This document shows, piece after piece, positions 1 through 12,540 of a stretch of 64,000 bases of DNA. Made by a program: the position numbers and the translations under genes. Source of the DNA: Squalus acanthias (taxonomy: Eukaryota). The notes under the pieces are model-generated. The model was not told where the DNA came from, did not search any database, and worked only from the letters and a program-made list of their open reading frames with translations. The DNA is taken from positions 72,542,001 through 72,606,000 of the forward strand of contig CM059432.1 of assembly GCA_030390025.1 (NCBI GenBank), in the 5' to 3' direction. How positions within the stretch are numbered: the stretch's first letter is position 1; each line of letters begins with the position of its first letter.

Positions 1-113
1 GCTGCTGCATTAGCCTACATCATCATAATGTCTACATTTCAAAGGTAATTCATTAGTTGTAAAACACTTTATGAAATCCTCAGGACATAAGGCACTATAT
101 AAATACAAGTTCT
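1..113 (+). mobile_element. 3' end of Deu-SINE/L2-tailed SINE
   Basis: Ends ...ggcactatataaatacaagt, the same tail as the L2 at 26384-26913. Confidence 0.55.
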
Positions 114-487
114 TTATCTATCTTCCTCTTTCTTTGCTACTTGCATGGTTCAGCTGCATACCAGGCAATGCATTTACCCACTGAAGCATTGTTGGAGCTA
201 TTTAAGTACATTTCGTTGTTTGTGTTTTGTAGGATACATCAAGCCCTCAGTCAGTAATTGAATTGGACTTACAAGCAGTGAAACATCTAATTTTTCCCTG
301 ATGCATTGTTTCATGGAAGGAGTACTCTGTAATGGTCGTGTGTGCCAAAGAGATGTGTACTTTCTCTACGCTTACAATGCAAGAGCAAATGTGATGATAA
401 AAATGCTCACTTGCTAATGTACCGTATGTTGTTTTTGTTAATGAAGTAAAGCACTGGATTTCACTCACTGTATATTAATTTTTTAAG

Positions 488-653
488 CTTTTATGCAGGT
501 GGTTCTGAACACAGTGGCCAGCAGATAGTTGGACCTCCAAAGAAAAAGAATCTAAATGAAATTGTGGATGACCTTTTTAAAGGAGCTAAGGAACATGGGG
601 CAGTTCCAGTGGATCACTGGACAGGAGGGGTAGGAGAGGCAAACCGAGCTGTG
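488..653 (+). CDS. UBXN2B: SEP-UBX p97 cofactor (UBXN2B/p37-like), coding exon
   Basis: AG/GT-bounded; encodes [41 protein letters not shown], matching the p47/p37 family. Paralogue assignment (UBXN2B vs NSFL1C) rests on downstream exons. Confidence 0.85.
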
Positions 654-2979
654 GTAAGAGAATGTGGGAATGTCTACAGAAGCATTGTGAATTCAGCGGT
701 CTCAAAATAGTGTTCTTTTTTGCTGTTTTGAAAAGTTGCAGTGCTGTATTTTTTAAAAGTAGGAAAAGTAAATTTTTAACACTAAAATAAAGGCATTAGA
801 GCTGCGATTATCTGCCATAATTGTGGGGACCTTTCCTGGTGGATAATAGAAATTGGCTCATAACCAAGTCTCCAAAATCTGGTTTTAAACATGGCAATAA
901 AGTCAAATACAATACAGATAAGGAAAGAAACATTTATGTAGTCTTCAATAAGCAAAGGAGATGAAATTTAAAAAAAATGAAATGTTAGGCTGTGTAACAG
1001 GATGGTGATGTATTGTGCAAGGATTTATCCCATCAAAGTTCTGGCAGAAAATTAGGAAGGTATTTGACCGTAGTGTGGATAGTGAAGGGTCCATTGCCAT
1101 TTTCTTGAAAGTATATGTAAAACTTATATGAACAAATGTGTAGTACTTGTTAAAATAACTTCTGAAAGAAATGTTAGCTGTTTTTACCCTCTATGGAGGA
1201 GAATATCTAAACACTAATTTACAAAAATTACATTCAGCACAGCATCTAACCTGTAAGGATAGTCTAGCCCACTGCAGAGATGAAGGCTTTTCCCTCCTTT
1301 AAAGGGGGGCGGGGGGGAGGCAGCCCTTGAAGGGGTCTTGCAAAAGTTCATTCAAAAATAATTTATTAATTTTACCGCTTGACAGATTAGTTCCCAAATC
1401 CAAACAATGTTTTTTTTTAACAAGTGAGACCTGTGATTTGCACTTATAAAGTACCTTTAATATCCCAAAGCACTCCATGATGAGTTAGTATAGGGAAGGT
1501 GATCAAAGAAAGAGGTTCTTAAGAGGCATTTGAAACTGAGAGATATGTAGCAAGTTGGAAGCGTTTAGGAACTGAATTCTGGAGTGCAGGCATATATGAC
1601 TTAAGGTTCTGCCACCGATGGTGGAATTGGGAGGGAGAGCGGATCCACAGCAGGGTCAGTCGGCAGAATGGGAATTGCGAGTAGGAATGCAAGGCTGGAG
1701 CAGATTGTGCAGATGTGCGAGGCCATGGAGGAATCTGTGAATAAATACAAGGGATGCAGAGCCAGTGGAGTGAGGTTGAGGAGGACAATGGTCTTAGTTG
1801 GCTAGGACTTATTACAGGCATGAGTTGCTTGCAAAGCCTACCCTCAGTCCTACCTGATAAAAATGTTTATTAAGTCCAGGAGTATGACATTGCAACTCTT
1901 TGCTGTACTTCAGGTTTCATGGCATTCAACATTTTCCAAGAGAATCTCACTGCCCCTGCTAAACGTTACCACTGAATATCTACATTCCCATGCCTATATA
2001 AGTCACCATTTCAAAAGTAGTTCATTTGTGCAAAGCACTTCATGACAATTTGACATTGTAACACACTACATAAATGTTGTTTCTGCATAGTCTCCATCCA
2101 CCATTTAAAAAGACAAGATAACTCATTTTAGCAGTGTTCAGTCACCTGAACAGCTGATTAGTTATCTTGATGGGTGCTCAGTCTTCTGGATGTCAGCCTG
2201 ATTATAGCATAACTGTCTTCACCTGATAATTTCAGGGACACGGTCAGGTGAAAACAACCTTGGGAGCGAGTTTTTAATCTATCGGTGACTGATTTAAACT
2301 TGTGTGTCAGAGCTAAATTGAAAGTGATACAATGGAGGACACCAGGTTATGGTGTCTTCTTTATTTTGAAGATGCATAAAAATTTAGAATATGGCATTTA
2401 AATAATCCAAACAAGTAAGGATAGAAGGAGTAAATGAGGGAAGTGAAGATAGACAAAACAGAAATGAGGTTCTTCCAGTATTTGTTTTAAAAGGTTAATA
2501 GGTTTAAAAGGTAATAAAGCTACAAGTGAGTGAGCTTCTTGGTGTCATAGTTGGTTTCAGCACCATATGTGAGCTAAAGAAAATAGCCAGTCCACGACCA
2601 GGGACTCTCCTCGAAGTGCCAAGATATTTATTAGGTTCCTCACCCTTGCCCCCATAAAAGAAATCTCGTAATGGTTAATTTTATATATAATTATTTTTTA
2701 TTCTGTCATCATTTGGCAATGAGTTCTGATAATGTAGAAGCTTTATTTCACATAATAACTTCACATAATAACTTCACACTGAACCTGGTGCCTCACATTT
2801 CAAAATGTTTGCTCCACATGAGACCTTTGGGATTGAAAGATCTGCAATATAGTGTGAAGTAAGGTGATGTAGTTACCTTCTGGATAAAGTTTTTTAATGT
2901 TCCATTACTTTGTATGAATACAGAACAACATTGATAAATGCGTTTGTATTTATTGTAAGGTTTCTGATTTATTTTATAG

Positions 2980-3072
2980 CCATTTGCTGGTGGTGGATAC
3001 CGACTGGGAGCATCATCGCAAGAACTATCTGAATATGTTTCACAAGATAAAAACCAAGATTCTAGCCTAGAT
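2980..3072 (+). CDS. UBXN2B: UBXN2B-like coding exon
   Basis: ttttatag|...|gtaagt; PFAGGGYRLGASSQELSEYVSQDKNQDSSLD; in phase with neighbouring exons. Confidence 0.88.
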
Positions 3073-3499
3073 GTAAGTTGTGAGAACTGAAGGCTGGAAA
3101 AAAAAAAAGTCATAAGGATTGTCTACAGCAAAACTGTTTTTTATTCCTTGACCCTGTTTGCATCTATTGTTTTCCCTCATTCTAGGAATCTGCCTGCAAC
3201 CTTTGTGTCTGCATTCACTAAAGAATGTTACATTTGTTATATTTACTTTGTCTGAACCTGGCTGGATATCCATCGCTACTACCTAACATTACAGCTACTG
3301 TGTGAACAATATCTTACTTAAAGGGGGCAACACTACTCCCATTAAACAGGTGATACAACGTGTAGCTTGCACCGTGGCATGGAATGAAGGTTATGGTCAG
3401 ATTTTTCAGAACAGAGAGATTGAATTTTGCTTCTCAAAATGATGTTTTCCCCACTTCTCACCTAAAGAAGCAGAATTAGAAGTAAGGGAAAAGTAGATT

Positions 3500-3828
3500 T
3501 TTTTAAAAATTCATTCATGTGATGTGGTCACCGCTGGCAATGCCAGTATTTATTGCCCATCCCTAATTGCCCTTGAGAAGGTGGTGAGCCACCACCTTGA
3601 ACCGCTGCAGTCCGTGTGGTGAAGGTACTCCCACAGTGCTGTTAGGTAGGGAGTTCCAAGATTTTGACCCAGTGACAATGAAGGAAGGACGATATATTTC
3701 CAAGTCAGGATGGTGTGTGACTTGGAGGTGGTGTTCACATGTGCCTGCTGCCCTTGTCCTTCTAGATGGTAGAGGTCGGGCATTGGGAGGTTCTGTCGAA
3801 GAAGCCTTGGCGCATTGCTGCAGTGCAT
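3500..3828 (-). mobile_element. 3' end of CR1-group LINE (same family as 61134-63695)
   Basis: Reverse complement matches 63355-63695 (MHCSN..RLLRQ.LP.P; gggcaattagggatgggcaataaa tail). Confidence 0.85.
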
Positions 3829-4739
3829 TTTTAAACTGCTTTACTATTATAACTGCATTAAAGGAACCATTACCAAGCATAAACTAGATAAACTGCTTCA
3901 CAAGGGTGTTATTTTTGTTAATGAATGGCCCGGATTCTGCTGTAATCTATCGGTGAGGCTATCGACTCTCGCTGTTATTGCAGGGTAAATCTGACAGCAA
4001 CTTCTGGCGTCCGCACATGCGCAGTTAAATGCGGAAATACAGAAGTTGCTGTCAGAGATACCCTGCTCCTCCACAGGATGTGCTGTTGCAGTTCTCCCCA
4101 ATGGACTCGGCATTGAAATCACCGTAATGACGTCAACTTGGGGTACTTGCCCACTAGTTCCGCACTAAAGACAGCTGAAAAGATTAGGACTAGTGCATTC
4201 AGGAGTAAGTGAGTTTTTAAACGGCGTAATAAGTGGTAATTACTGCTGAACAACCTCTCTGGACCTGAAAAATTAATTTTACAAATGTGGAGTCTCATTC
4301 CCTCAGAAGCAAATTAATGTTGCAGATTTTTTTTTAAATTTTTGTTGCTTTTTCTGTTTGTCTCTCTTATCTCCCTTAATCCCATCTGTATTTCCCAATC
4401 TTTATTTCACTTTCCCTACATGATTTAAATCTAATATTTTCTGCTTTATACTTCCTGGTTTGGACTCTGCGGCCGCGAATTTAATAGAGGAGGCGGGTTG
4501 GAGTCGGGTTGCCTAGTGGGCGGGTTCCAGTCCCGCTGCCGGTTTCAGCCGCTCCCAATTTGCGATTTTAAAATAAGTGGCCTCATTAGGCCCGCCATGC
4601 GCGCTGCCCGGCCCAGTGAGTGGGAGCGGGTCTGCTGCTCTCCTCTGATGACGTCAGTGCTTCAGTTGTTTTTAAGTGGCCCATGTAGCCTCAGCTTGTC
4701 ATTTTGTTTGTGCTGCTGTGGGAATCAGCCAAGGTGGCC

Positions 4740-6647
4740 ATGACTGCTGCCAAAGCAAAGGCTGCTCCACGCTTCGACGAGGACTCCCTCCAAGCTCTTG
4801 TGGAGGGAGTAAGAGGGCGCAGGAAGATTCTGTTCCCTCCTGATGGCCGGAGGAAGCCTCCTCGGCAAACAAAGGCAGCCTGGCTGCGAATTGCTGAGGA
4901 GGTAAGCGCTAGGTCCTTGTGTTCACGCACCTGGGTCCAGTGCTGAAAACGGTTCAGTGATCTTCTGCGCTCATCTAAAGTATCACATCACACTTACCTT
5001 CAATCTGCTTCCCTTCTGTTCTCATCACCAGCACTCTGCTTTGTCATCCTGCTCCTCCACATCCCACCTTATCCTTATTTCTCTTGCACCCTTACCTATC
5101 CATCTCTGTGTACTGAAACACTTCACCATCCTACTATGCACCCCTCACACTCTCACTGTTATGCAATGACAACAACTAACAACTCACAGGGAGGCGGCTT
5201 CCTCTTGGCACCTCACTCCATCTTGGTCTCCCTCTAAGCTTCTATGTTATGGATTCTTCAGTCACTCCATCAATCTCACTGAAACTCCACGTGTCCCTCC
5301 TTGCAGGAAAAGATAGCCCATAATAAGAGGGAGAGAGCGACGACAGGAGGAGGGCCACCATCCCTCGCTACATTGACAAGTGCTGAGGAGGCTGCTCATG
5401 ACATCATGGGAAGTGGCGAGGAGCTGGAAGTGGGGGACGGAGAGACAGGCGCATGAGAGGAAGCTGGTGATGGAATAGATTTTCATCCCTCTCATTTAGA
5501 TTTCATGATTGACTGAAATGGCATATGATGTTCATACAGATTGACTTTTGATCATCTGCACAAGAGGATGTGTCTGCTACCTAAATATCAGATGTCTAAC
5601 TCATGCCTTTACTCTCCCACAGGACCATCGAAAGCCCCCCTCCCCACTGTCCAGGAAGAAGAGCCGGATGACTCCTCAGAGGATCCTGAAGCCTCTGAGG
5701 GAGCAGCATCACCAGGACCAGCACCAGCAGCAACGCACACCTCGGTGGGGTGTTCGCGACATAGAGTAGTGTTGTCACCTGGTGTATCGCAGCTCACAAG
5801 TGAGCACCAGCAGATGGTGGAGACAGCGACAGCAGTGGAGAGTCCTTGTCGGAGGACGCTCCTAGCTCTGCTCAGCTGCATGTAGGCGCTGTGCCTCTGG
5901 GGCCATCCAGAAAGAATGGAGCTCCAGGAACAAGTGCAGGAGTCTCTGATAGGGTTTGCATCCACGGTAACTGCGAGTGTGCATAGAATGGAGGAGTCCA
6001 TCTCAAACATGAGCACTGCCTTGGTGGAGGCAATGGCGCATGAACGTGCTGCCATGGAGAGGGTGGCAACCTCCATGGAGGAGATAACTCGCCAGACTCA
6101 ACAGAGCATGGTGACTCTTCTAAATAGATGGTCTGATATGGAGGATAGATGGGCATCTATTGAGGAGAGACACCAGAGGTACATGGACGTCTCCATTATG
6201 AGGACTGTCAGTACAGAGACAGGTCCTCATGGCCCCACTGATGTTCAGCAAGGTGCTCTCCAGTCACTTGCTAGCACTGAAGTGCGGGTGGCCTATGAGA
6301 GGGATGTTGGTGGCCAACAACACGGAAGTGTGGGCTCCTCTCCAAGCGCTCACACGACCATGTCACTGCGCAGCCCTCGGTCACAGCCCAAGATTCAGCA
6401 CCCAACTGAGATGGCCGTCTCAGCCCCTGCACAGCTGCAGGAAGAGCAGACTGTGGAGGAGCCCTCCCAGGCTCCCAAACCCAGAGGACGCCCACCAAAG
6501 GCGTCTAAGCAGGCGCAGCATAGAAGTGAGCAAGGTGCCTCTACATCTGCTGAAGCCACAGGGGAAGCACCACGTAGTACCATGCGTAAGAGAAAGTTAA
6601 CACACAATAGTCACAAGGGTAGTCACTTGGATGTTTTCTTGTGTTAG
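4740..6647 (+). pseudogene. Harbinger Myb/SANT-like DNA-binding protein (3 exons, disrupted)
   Basis: PRFDEDSLQALVEGV...KAAWLRIAEEVS...RTWVQC*KRFSDL, then coiled coil and KPRGRPPK; premature stop at 4944-4946. Confidence 0.85.
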
Positions 6648-6874
6648 AAAGTATTGATTGTCATCATGATTGTGATGTGATTAAACAAAAATGATTTTGA
6701 AGATTTGGTTCTGAGAAATGGAAGTTGCACAGTGAGGGCTCAGGGCGACTTGATTTGTAATGATGGTGGTGAGAGTGATAGGAAAGTTTATTGGAGAGAT
6801 GATGTATGGCATGTTAAGAAGGTCGTCCAGACATTCATAGCCATCTGCCAGCCACCTGTGGTTGAAGCATAAGC

Positions 6875-8146
6875 TTAAGCGAATCTGGCATGGATGACTG
6901 AATCCATTGCCTGATGGTCAGCAATTTGGTCGCCTGCTGCTGGATTGGCCACATCCGGCCCCGCAAGGCGTGCCTAGTCCTCGTCCTCCTTCTCCTCCTC
7001 CTCCTCCGTCCTCTTCATCCTCCTCCACCTCCTCCTCGGAGGCTCTGCGCTGAGCCACTTGTTCCTCAGGCAGCGCTAAGCCACGCTGCTGTGCGATGTT
7101 GTGCAGGGCACAGCAGACCACGATGATTCTGGAGACCCTGGTTGGTGCAGACTGCAGGGCTCCATCAGATCTGTCAAGGCATCGGAATCGCATTTTGAGC
7201 AAGCCGATGGTTTGCTCTTTGATGCTTCTGGTGGAAATGTGGCTCAGATTGTAGCGCTCCTCAGCCTCGTTGATGACCTCCTCTTCCGTGTCATGAGCCA
7301 CTTTTTCAGGGGATAGCCCTTGTCGCCAAGTAGCCATCCGGAAAGTTGCGTTGGCGGATTGAAGAGCTGAGTCACAGTAGACTACCGCAGGATGAAGGAG
7401 TCATGGCAACTGCCAGGGTACTTTGTGCAAACATGCATGATCTTCCTGTGGTTACACACCAGCTGGACGTTAAGGGAGTGGAATCCTTTGCGGTTGACAA
7501 ATATACAGCTGGGTTGTGATGGGGCGCCCTAATGGCCACGTGTGCAGTCTACGACTCCCTGCACCCTTGGGAATACTGCCATATTTACAAAGCCAACTGC
7601 ACGCGCGGTCACACTTGCTTCATCCGTGGAGAAGTGGATGTAATTGTGCAACTTTGCAAAGAGGGCATCGGTAGCCTGCGTGATGCAGGTGTGTGCGGCC
7701 GACTGGGAGATGCCGCTGATGTCTGCTGCTGATCCCTGGAAGGAGCACGAAGCAAAGAACTTTAGTGCGGTGGTGACTTTGACAGCCACTGGTAAGGAGT
7801 GTCCACCCGCTCCTCTGGGCTCCAGGTGTTGGTGCAGCATTGCGCAGATGTCAGCGACTACATCTCGCGAAAGTCTCCACCTCCTTTGGCACTGTTACTC
7901 ACTCATGTTGAGGAAGCTCATCCTCTGCCTGTAAACCCGGTGTTGGGGGTATCTCCTGCGGCGAGGTGCAGCCCTGCACTGACGCCCTCTGCCCTGTGCA
8001 GCATCAGGTGGCTGAGGAGAAGGTTGACGCTCCTGCTGTTGGTGCTGCTGCTGTGCCTGGTTGCGCTGCTGCCGCGGCTGCTCTTCCTCCAAATCTGTCG
8101 ACCAGGATGAGAGGATATAAATGGTTCCCATACCGCGGGTATACAT
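6875..8146 (-). pseudogene. Harbinger (HARBI1-like) DDE transposase, frameshifted
   Basis: [42 protein letters not shown] motifs spread over several frames. Confidence 0.92.
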
Positions 8147-9331
8147 CTCAGTCGAGGAATAGAGATTGTTTGCGCTCAGCCAAAATGGCCTGAGGGTTTT
8201 CCAAGGAGGTCACACTGCAGATGGATTTCAGCTTGAACACTCACAAGATTAGTAGAGCTGCAAAATGGGTCCCAAATCTCAAAGCACTAAGTTGTGGCAT
8301 CTGAAACTCAGAGATGTTGCAGGAGTGCTTTTAAGCTGTTCGAGCAGCTGCCAACAATTCAGGTCCTTGGTAAACCCGGCACAATGCAGCTGGCGTGTTT
8401 GTCTGACGATGGGCAGCACGCAGAAAAAACAAATGCTTAACTGCCTTAAGTGCCTCACCCGCCATTCAGTGTCGGGTCAGATCGGGACTCACTGACCCGA
8501 CACTTGCCAAAGTAGCGTGGGGGTGGGATGGCAGCGGGATCGCAACCTGGCGTCAATCTTTCGCAACCGACCCACCTCCAAACCCGCCCTCTGAACTCTT
8601 ATTAAATTTGCGGCCTGCGTGTCTCAGTGAAGATTCTTCAATCTGATTAGTTGAAGAGCCTCGCTGTTCCTTGCCCTGTCCACAGATGCCACAGATCCCC
8701 TGTAGAGGATCCGCTGGAACAAACGCCTGATGACTGGAAGTCTCTGTTCTAAAACCAGTAAAATCTTTGTGGGCAGCTGTCGACGAGGTGAACAGTGAGC
8801 GCCATTCCTTCGCCACTGACCGCAAAATCCAGGCCAATGTCTTTTGTTGTGTTTTCTTAATGTTTGATTTAGAATTAAAGAACCTGCTGCATTTATTTTT
8901 ACGGGAAAGATTTTCACTTCTGTGTGGTGTCACGTACCAGTGGTAGCTGAGAAGGTGGACAACGTCATCCAACCTCTGACCCTGTCAGTTGGCAGTGTGT
9001 AAAAAAGTGACCTGAAGACGACTCCCAACGTTTCTCTCTTTCCACCACTCCACCCCCTTTCCATCAGAAAGTTTTTAATTTCAATTGTACAATGATGTAA
9101 CTGATAACAGGAATTAGGGAATTACAGGAATGAACGTATGTTTGGTGCTCCCAACATCTTTCACATTCATGTAATTCATGAACTTTTTTTTAAATGTTTT
9201 CTACCCCAGACACACTCAATACAATATTAAAGAATATCTTTGGTGAATGAACTATAGAAACTGAATCATTTAAATGCTTGATCCATTTAAAAGTTAAGCA
9301 GCTAAGCATTTTTATTTACAAAGGAATGAGT

Positions 9332-10078
9332 CGTCTTCTTAGGCAGTCCCTCGGAACCGAGGATGACTTGCTTCCACAATAAAAATGAGTTCTCAGGTGA
9401 CTGATGAGTCCAATGCGGGACCTACAGTCTCTGTCACAGGTGGGGCAGACAGTGGTTGAAGGGGCGGGTGGGTGGGGTGCTTGGGTTGACGTGCGCTCCT
9501 TCCGCTGTTTGCTCTTGGCTTCCGCTTGCTCCCGGCAAAGAGACTCGAGCTGTTCGGCACCTTTCCGGATGCTTCTCCTCCACTTTGTGTGGTCTTGGGC
9601 CAGGGATTCCCAGGTGTCAGTGGGGATGTTGCACTTTTTCAAGGAGGCTTTGAGGGTGTCCTTGAAGCGTTTCCTCTGCCCACATGGGGCTCTCTTGCCG
9701 TGTTCAAGCTCCGAGTAGAGTGCTTGTTTTGGGAGTCTCGTATCGGGCATGCGGACAATGTGGCCCGTCCATTGGAGCTGATCGAGCGTGGTCAAAGCTT
9801 CGATGCTGGGGATGTTGGCCTGAGCGAGAACACTGACGTTGGTGCGCCTATCCTGCCAATGGATTTGCAGGATCTTGCGGAGGCAGCGTTGGTGGTACCT
9901 CTCCAGTGCTTTGAGGTGCCTGCTGTAGTTGGTCCATGTCTCTGAAGCATACAGGAGTGCGAGTATCACTACTGCTCTGGAGACCATGAGCTTGGTGCTG
10001 GGTTTGAGGTCCTGGTCTTCAAACACACTCTTCCTCAGGCGACCGAAGGCTGCACTGGCGCACTGAAGGCAGTGTTGG
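9332..10078 (-). mobile_element. 5'-truncated RTE-clade LINE
   Basis: LLYASETW...RCLRKILQIHWQDR...WTGHIVRM...RLPKQALY and C-terminal CPTC..HLRTH; 11-bp TSD AAGGAATGAGT (9321-9331, 10079-10089). Confidence 0.9.
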
Positions 10079-10316
10079 AAGGAATGAGTAGTAAATGGCT
10101 CGGTACATTAAGATTTAATTTAGTTGTTATGTTCATCTTTGTTATTTGAGTAGATTCTACTACAAAAGAAGCCAAAGCTAATCTAAGTTATTTTTCTGCT
10201 TTTTTCTTAAAAAAAAGAGGACTCGATGGTGAGACTTGCTCGTTAATTATGTATTTTATATGCCCGGTGTTCTTTTCCCATCAAGTTGTGTGAAGTATGT
10301 ATGTGATTCTTGATAG

Positions 10317-10426
10317 GTTCAGGTTTTGCTGAAGCTGTGGAAAAATGGCTTTAGTCTGGATGGTGGAGAGCTTCGAACCTATACAGATCCTACAAATGCT
10401 CAGTTTTTGGAATCCATTAGCAGAGG
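10317..10426 (+). CDS. UBXN2B: UBXN2B-like coding exon (SEP domain start)
   Basis: tgatag|...|gtaaga; [37 protein letters not shown]. Confidence 0.92.
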
Positions 10427-11051
10427 GTAAGATACTGTTAATACAGTAGTGATGTTTCAAAAGGTAATCTAAAATTCTTGAAAATTATTTCCAAAAATAT
10501 TTACTGACCTGAGTTTCAATTATGTGTTACTTTGAGACAGGCTAGAACACAGGCAGATTGAATTTTTAGAGCTTTACTCAGACCAGATATGTGATCTGTG
10601 CAATTTGATAGTACCTGCTTGCATGTGTTATCTGTTTCTTGTGTGCACTGTCTGTATCTTGCTCATGCGCTTTGTGTCAAGTCTACCTCCACTATTACGT
10701 GCTGTCTGTCTCTCCCGTACACAGTAATTCTTGCGACTGTTTTAGTTTCTCTCTCGCTACATTTTCTTGTACTCTTCCTCCCTCCAGTGTGCCTACTGTC
10801 TCTCCTCTCCATCGGTCTTTTTTTTTCTCCTCCATTTTCTCCCCATCCTCCCTTTCACCCACTCCCCCCTCACCTCCCCTCCCCTCCTTTCCTATCCCAC
10901 TCCTTCCACCTTCCCTTGCCCCCTCTCCTCCCCATCGCTCATGCATGCTAACCTTACTTACTCTCTCTTTGCATGTATGCACCTACTCTAGGCCTGTTGT
11001 TTAAATGGCATTTCATTTGTGTTGTGTTTTTGTGTGCATTGTTCCATCCAG

Positions 11052-11189
11052 GGAGATTCCCGTTGAGCTCCAAAAATTGGTTCATGGAAGTCAAGTAAGT
11101 TTGGATATGGAGGATCACAGAAGTGAAGAATATTTAAAGCACAAATTGAAGTTCAAGGCGTTTTCTGGAGATGGACAGAAACTGGGAAG
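11052..11189 (+). CDS. UBXN2B: UBXN2B-like coding exon (SEP end, SHP box)
   Basis: ccag|...|gtaagg; [45 protein letters not shown] (FxGxGQxLG SHP motif). Confidence 0.92.
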
Positions 11190-11938
11190 GTAAGGGATAA
11201 GTATTAGATGGCTTGTTGGTCCATGTTGTAGATTTGACACTTGGAAATGTCCTCAAACCTTAAATAGATGTTTGCTGGAGTTAAACTTTTTACAAACTAC
11301 TCTTCTGTAAGCTAAAAATCAAGATGGCGACAAACCGACTTAAGCTTCTAGTCCTTGAAAAGGTTGGCATTTGTAAATGAGGGCTTAAATCTGGAATGTT
11401 TCTTAAGATCACAAGATAGTTTGGGGTGAAGAAAGTCCTTTTAAAATTACTGATGTGATCAGCTTTGATCGCCTTGCTGGGCAGTACATTCCAAACATTC
11501 TCTGTGAAATTGTTACATTGATGTGACCTTTCACCATCCCTTTTCTGAGCTTTATCCCATGCCCATCCCTTTGTTGTTGTTCTTGGTGCCAGGGTAAACA
11601 ATTTATAAGGGTTCAGCCCTTACGAGAAGGGTGAACAATCAACCAGAGTGCCCTATTTGTTTGGTGTATCATGGCTTCTAACATCTGGCAAAAATGAGCA
11701 TTGGTGGAAGTGACAGCAGAACATTATCCATTTTCAACAACAGAATTTGAAACCAGGTTGACCTAGACATAGGGATTAAAAGTATTTTAAAGAATAATCT
11801 CGATATCTGAAGTGCTTTAAATGCCTGATTATATTAAGAAAACTATTTTTTTTATTGTTTCCCCAAGTTGTAGCTAAACCAAGAAATTTCTGTACTTTTG
11901 GCAGTCATGAATTGTATGCTTTTCTCCCTTTTGCATAG

Positions 11939-12097
11939 CCCTACTCCAACCATAGTTAGCACACCGTCTTCTCCTGAAGAAGAGTTCAAATATTTTGTTA
12001 ATATTGTGAACATAAATGATGCTGAGCCAACAACCAACATTCAGATTCGACTAGCAGATGGGAGTCGTTTGGTGCAGAAATTCAATCAAGCTCATAG
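11939..12097 (+). CDS. UBXN2B: UBXN2B-like coding exon (UBX start)
   Basis: gcatag|...|gtaaga; [15 protein letters not shown]...[35 protein letters not shown] is p37-type. Confidence 0.92.
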
Positions 12098-12203
12098 GTA
12101 AGAAATTATATGGGTCTCACTTTATGATACCATAATATCCCTTTTCATGTGTTCACACTCCACAAGCATACTAATAGCTGTGATACCTAATCTGTAATTT
12201 AGT

Positions 12204-12540
12204 TTAGTGGTAGCACTTTCACTAAGATTGTGGTTCAAGCCACACTACAGGGCTTGAGCACATAATCTACGCTGACACTCCAGTACAGTACCGAGGAAGT
12301 TCTGCATTGCTGTCTTTCAGATCAGCCATTAAATGATATCACCATCTGGACATAAAAGATCCTATGGCACTATTTGAAGAAGAGCAAGGAGTTCTGCTGT
12401 CCTTGCTAAAATTTATCCCTTAACCAGCACTACCAAAGCAGATTAACTGGTCACTTATCTTACTTGCTGTTTGTGCAACCTTGCTGGGGGGAAATTGGCT
12501 GCCACGTTTGCCTACAAAACAGTGGCTGTGCTTAAAAATA
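12204..12540 (+). mobile_element. Deu-domain tRNA SINE (SacSINE1-like), degraded
   Basis: A/B-box-like head (tagtggtagc...ggttcaagcc) and Deu-like body (tatcccttaacc...gattaactggtca...ttgctgtttgtg...aaattggctgcc); recalled similarity. Confidence 0.6.

Larger units (their letters stand above)
4471..8615. mobile_element. PIF/Harbinger DNA transposon, two convergent genes
   Basis: TIRs GGCCGCGAATTTAATA / TATTAAATTTGCGGCC, TSD TGC; Myb-like gene on +, DDE transposase on -. Confidence 0.93.
3927..8835. mobile_element. Non-autonomous Harbinger MITE (~760 bp), interrupted by the Harbinger at 4471-8615
   Basis: TIRs GGCCCGGATTCTGC / GCAAAATCCAGGCC, 3-bp TSD AAT; body homologous to 20692-25827 and 32000-32741. 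Confidence 0.85.

Noticed and set aside
10598..11004. Overlapping 95-121 aa ORFs
   Set aside because: Low-complexity pyrimidine-rich intron; compositional artefact.
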